From contig OZ336880.1 in assembly GCA_965287045.1 (NCBI GenBank), forward strand, positions 36,208,001 to 36,272,000: a DNA stretch of 64,000 nt, read 5' to 3'. Positions 24,330 to 35,628 of this stretch are shown in pieces. The notes beneath the pieces are model-generated. The model ran no database searches. It was not told the origin of the DNA and saw only the letters and a list, made by a program, of their open reading frames with translations. The position numbers and the translations under genes are program-made. The first letter of the stretch is position 1; each line of letters opens with the position of its first letter. The stretch is from Carcharhinus amblyrhynchos. Lineage: Eukaryota.

Positions 24330-24450
24330 TAATGATTGGGGACGCAACGGTTCAAGAAGGCAGCTCACCATCACCTTTTCCAGGGCAATTAGGGATGGCC
24401 AATAAATGCTAACCCCGCCAATGATGCCCACATCCTGTAAATGATTTTTT
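24330..24450 (+). mobile_element. LINE 3' end sharing its tail with the LF-SINE-like element
   Basis: GTTCAAGAAGGCAGCTCACCATCACC (FKKAAHHH) followed by TTAGGGATGGCCAATAAATGCT...GATGCCCACATCC. Confidence 0.7.
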
Positions 24451-24814
24451 TTTTAATGGAGATTTGTATTGCTCCTTAAAGTTGGTGAAGTGTATGTGGA
24501 TCTGTGCAGGGCCTTGATCCTCTCAGGTCAGCTCAGACCACTTGCTCCCATCCGTGTTGTAGTTTCTATCTCCACTTTGGCCTATAGCAAGACAGGGAGA
24601 ATAATGAAGGCAACACAGAGGAGGACAAGAGACTCGAAGGGGAAGGGGGTAAGAAGATCTCGTAGCAGGAAGCAATCTTCAAGCAGAGTATTCAGGGAAC
24701 AATTCTCTCACCACATGCTGATTCAAGTATCTGATGTCTCTGTTTTACTAAGGCGGTGCTCACTGAATTATGCGATTTATTAAACCCAGAATTGCAATCT
24801 TAGAGGAGGGTGAA

Positions 24815-25047
24815 TCATAGAATCCTACAGGTGCAGAAGGAGGCCATTTGGCCCATTGAGTCTGCATCGACCAAAATCCCCACCCTGGCCCTATTCCCAT
24901 AATCCCATGCATTTAACCTAGCTAGTCCCGCTGACACTAAGGGGCAATTTAGCATGGTCAATCCACCTAACCTCGGAGGGAGCTGGAGCACCTGGAGGAA
25001 ACACACGTAGACACATGGAGAATGTGCAAACTCCACACTGTGACCCA
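24815..25047 (-). mobile_element. V-SINE, CR1-type tail
   Basis: TCATAGAATCCTACAGGTGCAGAAGGAGGCCATTTGGCCC tail plus V-domain. Confidence 0.85.
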
Positions 25048-25099
25048 AATAAGGAATTGAGGGCAGCATTAGTGGCTGCAAAAGTGAACATTGGCTTCA

Positions 25100-25250
25100 G
25101 TTTCTTCAGGTTGTAACCATTTAAAGGGTGTTTCCCCAAAAAGGTCACGTGACCCACAGGTCCAATTGGGAACCAAGTTGGGGATTCACTCAGACTTACC
25201 TGGCTAGGGAGTAATTAGAATATCATTCAGGTAACATTATACACCACAGA
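25100..25250 (+). mobile_element. LTR-like fragment related to 27200-27438
   Basis: Shares TAACC.TTTAA.GG, GTCACGTGAC and TTGGGGA.TCACTCAGACTTACCTGG with the second copy. Confidence 0.55.
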
Positions 25251-25269
25251 GACAGCTTAAAATTTGATG

Positions 25270-26200
25270 CATTTTTATTTGGGAATAGGGCTGGTTGCAG
25301 ATGTTATTCCAAATGTCAATCTTTGATAATGCAAAAGACCTTTGTGAGTAATGATGGCAAGGAATGGATGTGATTCAGTGGCTATATTCATCTGTAAATA
25401 TGCTTGTAACAGATTAATCTTGCTGCATTTCTGCCCACTGAATAACCCAGCAAACAAATCTTCAATTAAAGGAAGCGGATACTGATCAGCACACAACACT
25501 CAAGTTATGGTTGCTTTAAAATCACCATTAATACAAACTGAACCATCTGGTTTCATGACAGGTACAATGGGGATAGCCCAATTACTCAATGTAACCAACT
25601 GTAACACACCAATGTTAACAAGTCATACTAATTCTTCTTCGACCTTGGGATGAATTACTTATGGCACCGCTCTTGTTTTGACACTTTTTGGTTGATTATT
25701 AGGATTTATCTTGAGTTTCACTTGATCTCCCTTCAATAAGCCAAGTGTCTCTTTGAGTACATTCTTGTATTTATCCAGAAGGTGCTATAGATCTGTTGTG
25801 GCATCGGTCAATCTGTTGACAGCACTCCAGTTAAGCTTTAACTTCTCCATACATGATCTCCCAAATACAGCTGGAAAATTATCACGAATCACATGGAGAG
25901 GCAACTCCGCTCTTTGTCCACTGGCCATGATGTAACTTTTTAATGGCACAATCTCTTCCCTGTATGTCTTTAAAGTCACATCGGCTGATTTTAAAGGAAG
26001 ATGCTTTAACTTTTGTTGGTATATACTCTCAGAAGTTAAAGGTACAGTAGCACCAGTGTCAACCTCCATCCTAGTACATTGTCCACTTCAGAATCACCTA
26101 GAATCTATGTGATCCATCCTGTATCTTCATCATATCTCTGGACATTCACTTCCTCAGCGTTGTAATTCTTTTCTTCTATATAAAAATGCTTTGGAATTAC
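25270..26200 (-). mobile_element. Gypsy LTR-retrotransposon pol remnant (protease + RT N-terminus)
   Basis: MEVDTGA aspartic protease motif; DQYPLPLIEDLFAGL..GQK.SKINLLQAYLQ...THKGLLHYQRLTFGITSA RT motifs. Confidence 0.9.
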
Positions 26201-26459
26201 AGAGTGTGCAGCTTTGTGAAGTGAATAGGTTTGGGAAAGGAGCCCCGAGTGATTCTGGTGCAAAAGATGAGAGCGCAGAGAACCACTCAAGGAGGACCAG
26301 TGAACAAGAGTGGAGACAAAGGAATAGAAGACAGGGGCAGTCTACTCAGACAGTGGTAGACTGTTGCTGGAGCACCATCAAGAAGCATGTAGGTTTAAGA
26401 GCATAGTATGGTTATGGAAAGGACTGGGCCAGTATCATATGTCAATGATCATAGGACCA

Positions 26460-26757
26460 CAGATCCTACAGCACAGCCCCAGTGAGCCTGTACAGACACA
26501 AGTCCACCCAGACCCAATCCCTGTAATCACACATATTTACCCGACTAGTTCCCCTGACAGTTAGGGACAATTTAGCATGGCTAATCGACATTACCCGCAT
26601 ATCTTTGGAATGTGGGAGGAAATTGGAGTACATCAAAGAACCCCATACAGATATGGGAAGAAAGTGCAAACTCCACACACACTGTGACCTGAGGCCAGAA
26701 TTGAACCCAAGTCCCTGGCACTGTGAGGCAGCAGTGCTAACCACTGTGCCACTATGC
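26460..26757 (-). mobile_element. V-SINE
   Basis: CCCTGGCACTGTGAGGCAGCAGTGCTAACCACTGTGCC head (reverse) and V-domain. Confidence 0.85.
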
Positions 26758-27199
26758 AGGCCTAATGTTCAAGGAAATAGAATGTAGAAAAATATGGATC
26801 ATTTAAGGGAGAAACAAGCAAGTATTGCTCCAGAGGAATAGTCAAGTGTTGTAGTGCTGGCAATGGTGGTGCCATCTGGTATTGGGGGGGCTGCGGGTTG
26901 GAGGGGGGCGAAGTGCGTTCCCCACAAGAAAAGTAATCTTGGCAGCATCAATAAGTGAAGAAGTTGCTGGCCCTAACAGTTCGTCATTTTAGGGAAGTTT
27001 ATCCAGCAGGGAGCAGGAGGAGATTGCTCCGGTGATAGAGGGGCCTGCCCAGGAATTTTGTCACTCTCAGTGAGTGTGGAAATCACAGGATAGACTGGAC
27101 TTGCAATAGACTGTATCTGATGCCCAACTGCATTTGGGTTTTTTTGTAAATAGTTGTATATCTGTTATTGTGGATATAGTTCGAAATTTAAAAGTGCGA

Positions 27200-27438
27200 G
27201 AGATGAGGTGTCATAACCTTTTAAGGGACAGGTCCATGAAAGAGTCATGTGACTCGCTGGCCCAATCAGAAGCTAAATTGGGGACTCACTCAGACTTACC
27301 TGGGCTTGTTCCAGGAGTCTGAGTTTTGGACTTCTGGAATTTAGGACCTTTTCCAATGTTCTGGAATACATATAGTTATTCTGTTAATAAACCTTTGTTC
27401 AGTGACCAGAGTTCGAGTCTTATTTCATGATACCACGA
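27200..27438 (+). mobile_element. LTR-like sequence
   Basis: CCAATC box, AATAAA at ~27385, ends ATACCACGA; similar to 25100-25250. Confidence 0.55.
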
Positions 27439-27439
27439 T

Positions 27440-28150
27440 TAGTTTCCTTCCACTATGGAGAGCTGACATCTTCAACATTGCACAGAATGCAAGTCACTGC
27501 CGTATTAGGAACCTCATTGACATTCTGCACAAATAGAGAGAGAAATACATGACATTCGCTCTTTCCAGAGTGGAGTGTGCATGCTGCTTCACCAAGATTG
27601 TGGGCTTCCCTATGGACACAGGGTACACACATGTAAATTCAAGGATGACTACGCGCAAAGGGTGTATTCCCTTAATGTCCATCTGATGTGAAAGCATATT
27701 CAGAGCATCGAGCAGATCGATGCTTGGCATCCTGGTAGCAGTCACCTTGCCTTCAGTTTGTGTCATCAGCATTTGAGCTTTCATGAGGGACAAGATTGTG
27801 ACTACTCAGTGATGAGGCCTATCTGCTCACTACCTGGCTTATCACTCAAGTGCATGGCCCACACACACAAGTGGGCAGCTTACATTCAACAAAAGCCCTG
27901 TTGCCACATGAAATGTCACTGAGGAGGCTGTCTAGGATGCTCAAGAAACCCTTCTATTGCCTGGAGTGCTCTGAGGAGCTCTGTTCTACTTGCCGGAGCC
28001 TGTCACGACTTGTCACAGTCATGCCCAACTTCGCCATCATAAGGGCACAAACTGTGGCACTGGGTACACAGTGAGCAGCTGAAGAGGAGACAACCAACAT
28101 ATCTCTTACCTGACCAGGCAGTCTGTGTTCAGCTCATCCATGGCAGTAAA
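27440..28150 (+). mobile_element. Harbinger (HARBI1-like) transposase pseudogene
   Basis: FTKIVGFP...THV...RKG.YSLNVHLM*KHIQSIEQIDAWHPGSSHLAF (cf. HSLNVQLVCDH...A.YPGSSHDAF) and MLKKPFYCLECS (cf. LKQRFRCLDRS). Confidence 0.75.
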
Positions 28151-28571
28151 AGCAACTCTAAATCTGCATTCAACAATCGTCCCATATTTTACCTCCTCTC
28201 TGTTATTGACTATCACAGCATCCTCCTGGCTTCAATGCTGAAATAAAAACCATCACAAAACAACTATTCCTAACAAATTTTATCAAACAGGCCATTGAAC
28301 ATTATATACAAAAATCAACTTATCATCCTTGCGCATTCTCTTAGTGCCTGTCTGTGTGAACATTTGCCTGTCCTAATGATCCTCTGGAGTGCTACCCCAA
28401 TGGCTACATCATGATTGGTTGGAAGTGGCTGACGCCCAGTGGAAGGGACTGCAGATGACCTTGTAGAAAAATCACTAACAGTTCTGGCCCAAGAAGATCC
28501 TGCCTTGGGCTGCATATCATCCACATGGCAGACTGATACAAAACTAAAATCATATGGGCTGGCTGAAAACA

Positions 28572-29652
28572 GAACTGGCTTGGTCATAGAAGACAGAGAG
28601 TAGTAGTGGAAGGGTGTTCAGATTGGAGATCTGTAGCTAGAGGTGTTCTACAGGATTCAGTGCTGGGGCCTCTGTTGTCTGTAGTATATATAAATGATAT
28701 GGAGAAAAATGTGCGGGGTCTGATCAGTAACTTTGCGGATGACACGAAGGTTGGTGGATATACTGATAGTGCCAGTGATTGACAGAGGATACAACAGGAT
28801 ATATATAGATTGGAGTTGGGAACAGAAGTGGCAGGTGGAGTTTAATTTGGACAAATACGAGGTAATGCACTTTGGAGGATCAAATTTAGGTATGAATTAT
28901 ACTGTAAATGGCAGAATCCTTAGGAACCTTAACACACAGAGGGACCTGGGCATGCATGTCCACAGTTCCCTAAAATTGGCAACATAGGTGGCCAAGGTGA
29001 CTAAGAAGATATATGATATGCTTGCTTTCATTAGGCCGGGGCACTGAGCACAAGAGTTGGGAAATCACGTTGCAGCTATACAAAATATTGGTTGGGCCAC
29101 ATTTGTTTATTGTGTGCAGTTCTGGTCGCCACACTACCAGAGGGACATGGAAGCTTTGGACAGAGTACTAGGATATTGCCTGGTCTCGAGGGTGATGGCT
29201 ATAAGGAGAGATTGAATAAATTAGGATTGTTTTTACTGGAAAGACAGAGGCTGAGGGGAGTCCTGATAGAGGTCTACAAAATTGTGAGAGGCATAAACAG
29301 GGTGGATAGCCAGAGGTTTTTTCCTAGGGTGGAAGTGTCAATTACAAGGAGGCACAGATTCAAGGTGAGAAGGAGAAAGTTTAAGGGAGATGTGCAGAGG
29401 AAGTTTTTCACACAGAGACTGGTGGGTGCCTGGAATGTGCTGCCAGAGGAGGTGGTGGAAGCAGGCACATTAGTTACATTTAAGAGGCATCTCATGTACA
29501 TCTGATGGGTATATAAATAGGGAGGAAGTCGAGGGGTGTGGACCGAGTAAGGGCTGAAGGTTTTATTTTAGTTTAGTTAGGGCATTATGATTGACAGAGG
29601 CTTGGAGGGCCAAAGGGACTGTTCTTGTGCTATACTCTTCTTTTCTCTTTGT
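28572..29652 (+). mobile_element. CR1 LINE 3' portion
   Basis: YINDMEKN...ISNFADDTK, WQVEFNLDKYEVMHFG and FFTQRLVGAWNVLPEEVVEAG; CR1 tail. Confidence 0.9.
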
Positions 29653-30160
29653 ATGGGCGGAGAACAAATGCTGTTTTCTGAACAGAATACAGCAGATTCT
29701 TTCTCCACAGAGCCTCTGCCACTCCTCTGGGAGAGTCTTCAGCGATCCTAATCATCTGCTGGAGCACAGATAGCTGCAGTGCTGTGACTCCCCTGTAAGC
29801 TCTTTCGAGTGCTGGTATCCTCAGCCATGTTGACAGTGGTCTGACCTTACATGGCAAGCAGCTGAACTTGCATGTCTCTAGACTCAGCTTCCATTGCAGC
29901 ATTCAGATACTTCTGTTTGTGATGCAATGGAGATTGGTCAGCGTTGGGTCCATCAGCATTCTCATATACTTGATCATGATTTCTCAAAGTTGATGCTGGA
30001 AAGAATGAGCTCCAAGCTCCACACAAAATCTTGTGTGAAGTTGGTGCTGGGGTCCTCCATGTTCCTTGACAGCGACAGCAGGTTGTCTCATCGGACTGCC
30101 GGCATGTTCAATATACAATTTCCTTTAGGCCCTCACATCAGCATCCTCATCTGCCTCTTC

Positions 30161-30446
30161 TAGAATCATAGAATCCTACAGTGCAGAAGGAGGCCATTCA
30201 GCCCATTGAGTCTGCACCGATTACAATCCCAACCAGGCTCTATTCCTGTAACACCATGCATTTACCTTAGCTAATCCTCCTCAGAAGCAATTTAGCATGG
30301 CCAATCCACCTAACCCACACATCTTTGGACTGGAGAGGAAACCGGAGCATCTAAAGGAAACCCATGCAGGCACAGGGAGAATGTGCAAACTCCACACAGA
30401 CAGTGACCCAAAGCTGGATCCCTGGCACTGTGAGGCAGCAGTGCCG
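30161..30446 (-). mobile_element. V-SINE, CR1-type tail
   Basis: (TAGAATCA)n tail and V-domain. Confidence 0.85.
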
Positions 30447-30892
30447 TCCCAAAGGGCAGAACCTGGGTGAGGCTTCACCCTCTGGTGGGATGGTACCTGT
30501 GCGACCCTTTCCCCTGCCCTGGTGCAGGTCACTCGTGCAGATCCCATCTATCTTAAAGCTACTAAATTACACACAGTTTCAATGTTTGAGCTGCTTGCTG
30601 CAATTATCAATGGGAGTAATAGTGTTTCTTTTTTACCACTGTCTTCTTCTAATTCTTGTTCCTACCCTGCTGCTTGGCTTAATGGCAGCGCTTGAGTATC
30701 TAAAATAAGAAAGGCACAAGGATAGTGTTGGACTGACAAGGGGTGGGGGTAGTGGGAGAAAAGCAAAATTGTATATCAGCTGCTTGTAAACAGAAGAGAT
30801 TGTGGGCTGAGGGAGAAGTGGGATGTGAGGAGGAAGATTAGGCGTCAATATCCCATCACCTTTGATGATTTCAACCCCATGGCTGGTCTCAG

Positions 30893-31153
30893 TCATAGAA
30901 TCATATAATCCTGACAGTGCAAAAGGAAGACATTGGGCCCATTGAGTCTGCACTGCCCACAATCCCACCCAGGCCTTATTCCATAACCTCACATATTTAG
31001 CCTTTAGCATGCCCAATCAACCTTACCTCCACATCTTTGGATTGTGGGAGGAAACCATCGCAGACACAGGGGTAATGTGGCAAACTCCACACAGACAGTG
31101 ACCCGAGACCAGAACTGAACCTGTGAAGCGGCAGTGCTAACCACTGTGCCACT
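30893..31153 (-). mobile_element. V-SINE, CR1-type tail
   Basis: TCATAGAATCAT tail, V-domain and head GCAGTGCTAACCACTGTGCC. Confidence 0.85.
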
Positions 31154-31299
31154 GAACGTGCCAATCATGACATCTTCAGTGGAAGGTGCTCAGCATCTCT
31201 ACAATTGCGGTGAAGACATGCAGCCGTGCCTGGCCCTGCCCATTAGCTACTACTGATTTTGCCCCACCTTATCCTGCAAGAGAAAGGGAAGTGTGGGGT

Positions 31300-31700
31300 T
31301 CAATGTGTTTGGGAGATGTGTCTCTCATGTTGAGTAGCTGGCATTATTTGCAAACTGCAAGATATCGAAGCTTCTAGCAGTGCTAAGTGAGTGAGGGTGC
31401 AGGTGAAGCTAAATATGTCAAGTATGACCGGTGGTTGATAGAAATGTTTGGAAGCTGACCTTGACCACTCATGTGAGATTATCAAACCTCTCGGGCATTT
31501 TATCCAGTCCTCGGGTGCTACATGGCTGGCATCAAGTGAGATTGCCGTGTCCTCGTGAGCACAGATTTCTCTCCTCCTGTCCATTTCTTTCACCAAAGCT
31601 TCCAGTGCTGTTTCGGAGAACCTTGGAGCCCGCTCTCTGCTAAGTTGTGTTGTTCTTGTGTCTTTCAAACTCATGGTTAGAATGACCTCCAGCACCTGCC
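31300..31700 (-). mobile_element. Harbinger ORF2 (Myb/SANT-like) remnant
   Basis: RERAPRFSETALEALVKEMDRRREI, the characteristic start of Harbinger Myb/SANT proteins. Confidence 0.7.
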
Positions 31701-31884
31701 TTAGTCGAAATGCACCTTGCTTTTAAGAGAAGCAGATTAGCTTTAAATAGTACAAGTGAGCTCATTAGACTTTATGCTCTCTTCTCACAATTTTGTTCCG
31801 CTGCTCAGGCATGCAGTCATTCAACAGTGACTGCAGTGTGAGCTGCATGCACTTATTGACATGAGCACTCAACATGAAGTCTGT

Positions 31885-32759
31885 GGGCCCAATTTTACAA
31901 TCAGGTTGGGCCTGTTTTGGTAAAGTCGGGCATGAGGTGAGTAGCACAATCTGCGCCCACCTCTGCGCTCGTTCCCCAAGGCCCGAAAATGGCCATGGTT
32001 TGGACCGTGACGGCCATTTGCATGCATTTAAATTGACTTAATGGGCTGCACGCGCAACCTTACCGCACATCCCCCTTTACCACCTTGTTCACCCATTCAG
32101 AATCGGTGCAAAACAGACATGCTCTGCAAAAGTCCAATTCAGATGCTCCACTTAGTGAGGAGATAAGTGCTGAGTGTCCGATGGCTCTGTGCTTGAGATC
32201 TCTGGGGGGAGGGGATCAGTGGGGGCCCATTGCTACACTGCCTGGAATCGGTGATGGGGAGTGGGGTGCGCTGTCACTCTGCCTGAGATCAATGAAGGGG
32301 GAATGGGAGATCACGGCTACTCTGCTTGAGATCAATGAAGGGGAAGGGGTGTCCACTGTCAGTCTGCCTGAGATCAGCAAGGGGAAAGGGGGAAAGGGGC
32401 CCACGATCATTCTGGGTGGTAGATGGGTGGTGGGATAAGGAGGTCAGTAATATAACGCGGGTAGGGCAATGTCTGTGCTGGCGAGAGGAAGGCATTTTCT
32501 GGCCCAAAAGCGATGTGGCAGGGAAGTTGCGTTCCATTTTTTTTTACTGTGCATGCGCAGTTGGAGGTGCTGATTGGAACTCAGTGTTTCTGGTACATTA
32601 AGCCCCGCCAGCAGGCTTCTGCAGCCCGATTCAGAATCACTGATATTTTTCAGGCAGAGTGCGTATGGGGAACGGACAACGGGTTTAAAAGTCGGATCTG
32701 AAACACTCCCAGTTTCAAGTCCACCCAACACTTAGAATCAAAATGGTAAAATAGGGCTT
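31885..32759. mobile_element. Harbinger MITE with internal minisatellite
   Basis: TIRs GGGCCCAATTTTACA / TGGTAAAATAGGGCTT. The left arm is the reverse complement of 11340-11614. About five copies of a roughly 43-bp CTGCCTGAGATCAATGAAGGGG unit lie at 32180-32400. Confidence 0.85.
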
Positions 32760-33214
32760 ATTGTCTCTGTACTACCTGCATTGGAATGAAGATGGATGAG
32801 TTAAATCACTCATTTTCCGTCATTATGATTTTTTGCTACACCATGTTTTAACTTCACTCAGGCTTGCCTTACATTGTTTAGTATTCATTTTTTGTTGAAT
32901 GGAATGGAATTGTGCACATAAAGATGCCAGTAATAGGGAAGGACCATTTTTCCTTCTATTCCAATTCCTGGTATCAAAACCTACAAGATAAGATCCACAA
33001 CAGGTTAAATTCGAAGTAAATTATGCTATATTCTATCAACCGTACACTGCTGGATGCCCCCATCACTCACATATCAACAACTCACAGCTCATAGTTATGG
33101 CTTCATTGCACATACTCTACACATTTACTTTATCTCTTGCTCTTGAACAAAATAACATAATTATCATGAGTACAATTGTGCAGTCGTTTGATTACTAGAG
33201 TTGTAAAACAGAGC

Positions 33215-33420
33215 TGTGGACTTCTTGCAGAGCGAGTTCAAATCCCCCATTGGCAGTCGGGAATTCAAATTCCCGATATCAGTAGATGTGACAATGAAAA
33301 TGTCGGGTTGTCATGTGAGCCCAACTTGTTCGTCAATGCGCTTCAGCCAGACGGTTGGCAGGGAAACCAGGGATGAGTAATAAATGCTGCCTTTCCAGCG
33401 ACAACAAATGAATTTTTAAA
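33215..33420 (+). mobile_element. Decayed LF-SINE-like element
   Basis: GAGTTCAAATCCC B-box and GGGATGAGTAATAAATGCTGCC tail. Confidence 0.45.
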
Positions 33421-33426
33421 GTATTA

Positions 33427-33637
33427 TGGCCGGAATTCTCTGGCCATTCATGCTGATGGGATTTTCTGGTCCCACTGGTGGCGCATCCCCTACCCGTGGG
33501 TTTCCTGTTGACATGGGGTGAAGTCAATGGGAATTTCCACTGACAGCAGCAGGACAGGAGAATCCTGCCGCCAGCAAACAACACGCCATCTCCTGCCGAC
33601 AGGAAACATGCGGCTGAGAGGCTGGAGAATCTCACCC
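33427..33637. mobile_element. Short MITE (Harbinger-type termini)
   Basis: Imperfect TIRs TGGCCGGAATTCTC / GGAGAATCTCACCC. Confidence 0.6.
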
Positions 33638-33821
33638 TATATGTCTACAGAAATCATTCTCATGGACTTTCTGACGTACACTGTATAGGCACAAAACTGG
33701 ATAGCCCCCAAAAACGAGCAAGGAAATCATGATACATGCTTGACGCACACATTTTGATGTAGACAATTTATACACTTTATGCTGCTTGCTAATATAAATA
33801 TTTGTAGTGTGCATACATTTA

Positions 33822-35628
33822 GTTTTTGTATTTTTTTCATTTCAAAAATACACCTTATTCATAAAAAGACTCTCAAATAAATCATTGCAAAACAATATGT
33901 CCAAAAATTACAAACAGCGCAAAAAAAGGTCGTTTTTATAGTACTACATGATGCTTATTTACACAACATTACATTAGTTACATTTTAAAACTTAAAACTA
34001 TGTACGTACATCAGAGTTCACTGTGTGCTGTTATTTTTCAGATAAGCACACTGTTATGCAGGACGTTACCAGGCGCTCAGTTTGCCTCGCTTGTAAGTCT
34101 TCACACTGTGGCCTTTCCCCATTGTGCCTTTGCGGTGGCTGCCCCAAGTTTGAGCGGGTCCCTCAGCACGTAGTCCTGGACCTTGGAGTGTGCCAGTCTG
34201 CAGCACTCAGTTGAGGACAAATCTTTCAACTGGAAGATCAGCACGTTTCGGGCTGGCCAACGTGCATCCTTCACCGAATTGGTGGCTCTCCAGCAGCAGT
34301 TGATATTTGTCTCGGTGTGCATCCCTGGAAACAGCCCGTAGAGCACAGAGTCCTGCGTCACTGAGCTGCTCAGGATGAATCACGACAAATACCACTGCAT
34401 CTCACTCCAGACCTTCTTTGCAAAGGCACATTCCACAAGGAGGCGTGCGACCGTCTCATCACCCCCCCAGCCGCTTCGAGGGCAGCGTGTGGTGATGTTG
34501 AGACCTCGAGCATGCATAAAGGATCTGACGGGGAGTGCCTTTCTTATTACCAGCCAAGCCAGGTCTTGGTGTTGTTTGTGAGTTCTGGTAATGAGGCGTT
34601 CTGTCAGATGACACTGACAGTCTGCTCAGGGAACCATCCAACAGGATCCGCCATCTCTTTTTCTCTCAGGGCCTCAAGGACATTATATGTTGACCACTGC
34701 TTAATCGCCATGTGATCAAAAGTGTATTTGCGGAAAAATTTTTCCACGAAGGACAGGTGCTGCGATACGGTCCAACTACTTGGAGCGTTCTGTGGCAGTG
34801 TGGCCAGACCCATTCCTCCGCAACACTTGAGACAGGTAGAACCTCAAAAAGTAGTGGCACTTGCTGTTAGCATAGCAAGGATTACACGCAGCTTGATGCA
34901 GCCACACACAAAGGTAGCCATCAGGATGAGGGCAGCGTTGGAAATATTCTTCCCTCCCTTCTCTAGAGATTTGTGTATCACTTCCCTCCAGACACAATCC
35001 ATCTTTGATCTCCAGATAAATTTGAAGATGGCCTGAGTCACTGCTGCTGTGCAGGATTGGGGGATAGGCCACACCTATGCCATGTACAACAACATGGACA
35101 GTACTTCGCACCAGGTGACCAGGTTTTTTCCGGTGATAGAGGGAGCGTTGCTCCCACAAGCCCAATTTTTGCCTGGCTTTGGCGATGCACACTTCCCAGT
35201 TTTTGGCGCATGCCCCTGCCATTCCAAACCATATCCCCAGCACCTTAAGACAGCCTGCCCTGATGGTGAAGGGGACAAAGAATCTGTCAGTCCAGTTCCC
35301 AAAGAACGTATCCTCGTTCTTACCCCAGTTGACTTTGGCTCCCGAGGCCAGCTCGAACTGCTCATAGACTTGGGGGAGCTTGCGATTGGACAAGGGGTCC
35401 GAGTAGAAGACAGCCACGTCATCCATGTTCAGGGAGGATTTGACCTGTATGCCTCCACTGCGTGGTATTGTAGCTCCTTTGATGCCTAGGTTGCTTCTGA
35501 GAGCCTCAGCAAAGGGTTCAATGCAACATACAAGAAAGATGAGAGTGGGCAGCCCTTCCTGATTCCAGATCTGATCCCTATCTGATTTCCACCCATTGAT
35601 TGAAACTGCACTACTCTTGTCTGTGTAA
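33822..35628 (-). mobile_element. Tx1 (L1-group) LINE, 5'-truncated ORF2 plus 3' UTR and A-rich tail
   Basis: IRSGIRKGCPLS, MDDVAVF, FELASGAKVNWGK, LKVLGIWFG and C-terminal ...LKLGAATAKAQWGKATV*; T-rich run on the + strand at ~33822-33838. Confidence 0.9.

Noticed and set aside
32180-32400. Regularly spaced repeats as a CRISPR-like array
   Set aside because: Degenerate tandem minisatellite inside a MITE in a vertebrate genome; no unique spacers or cas genes.
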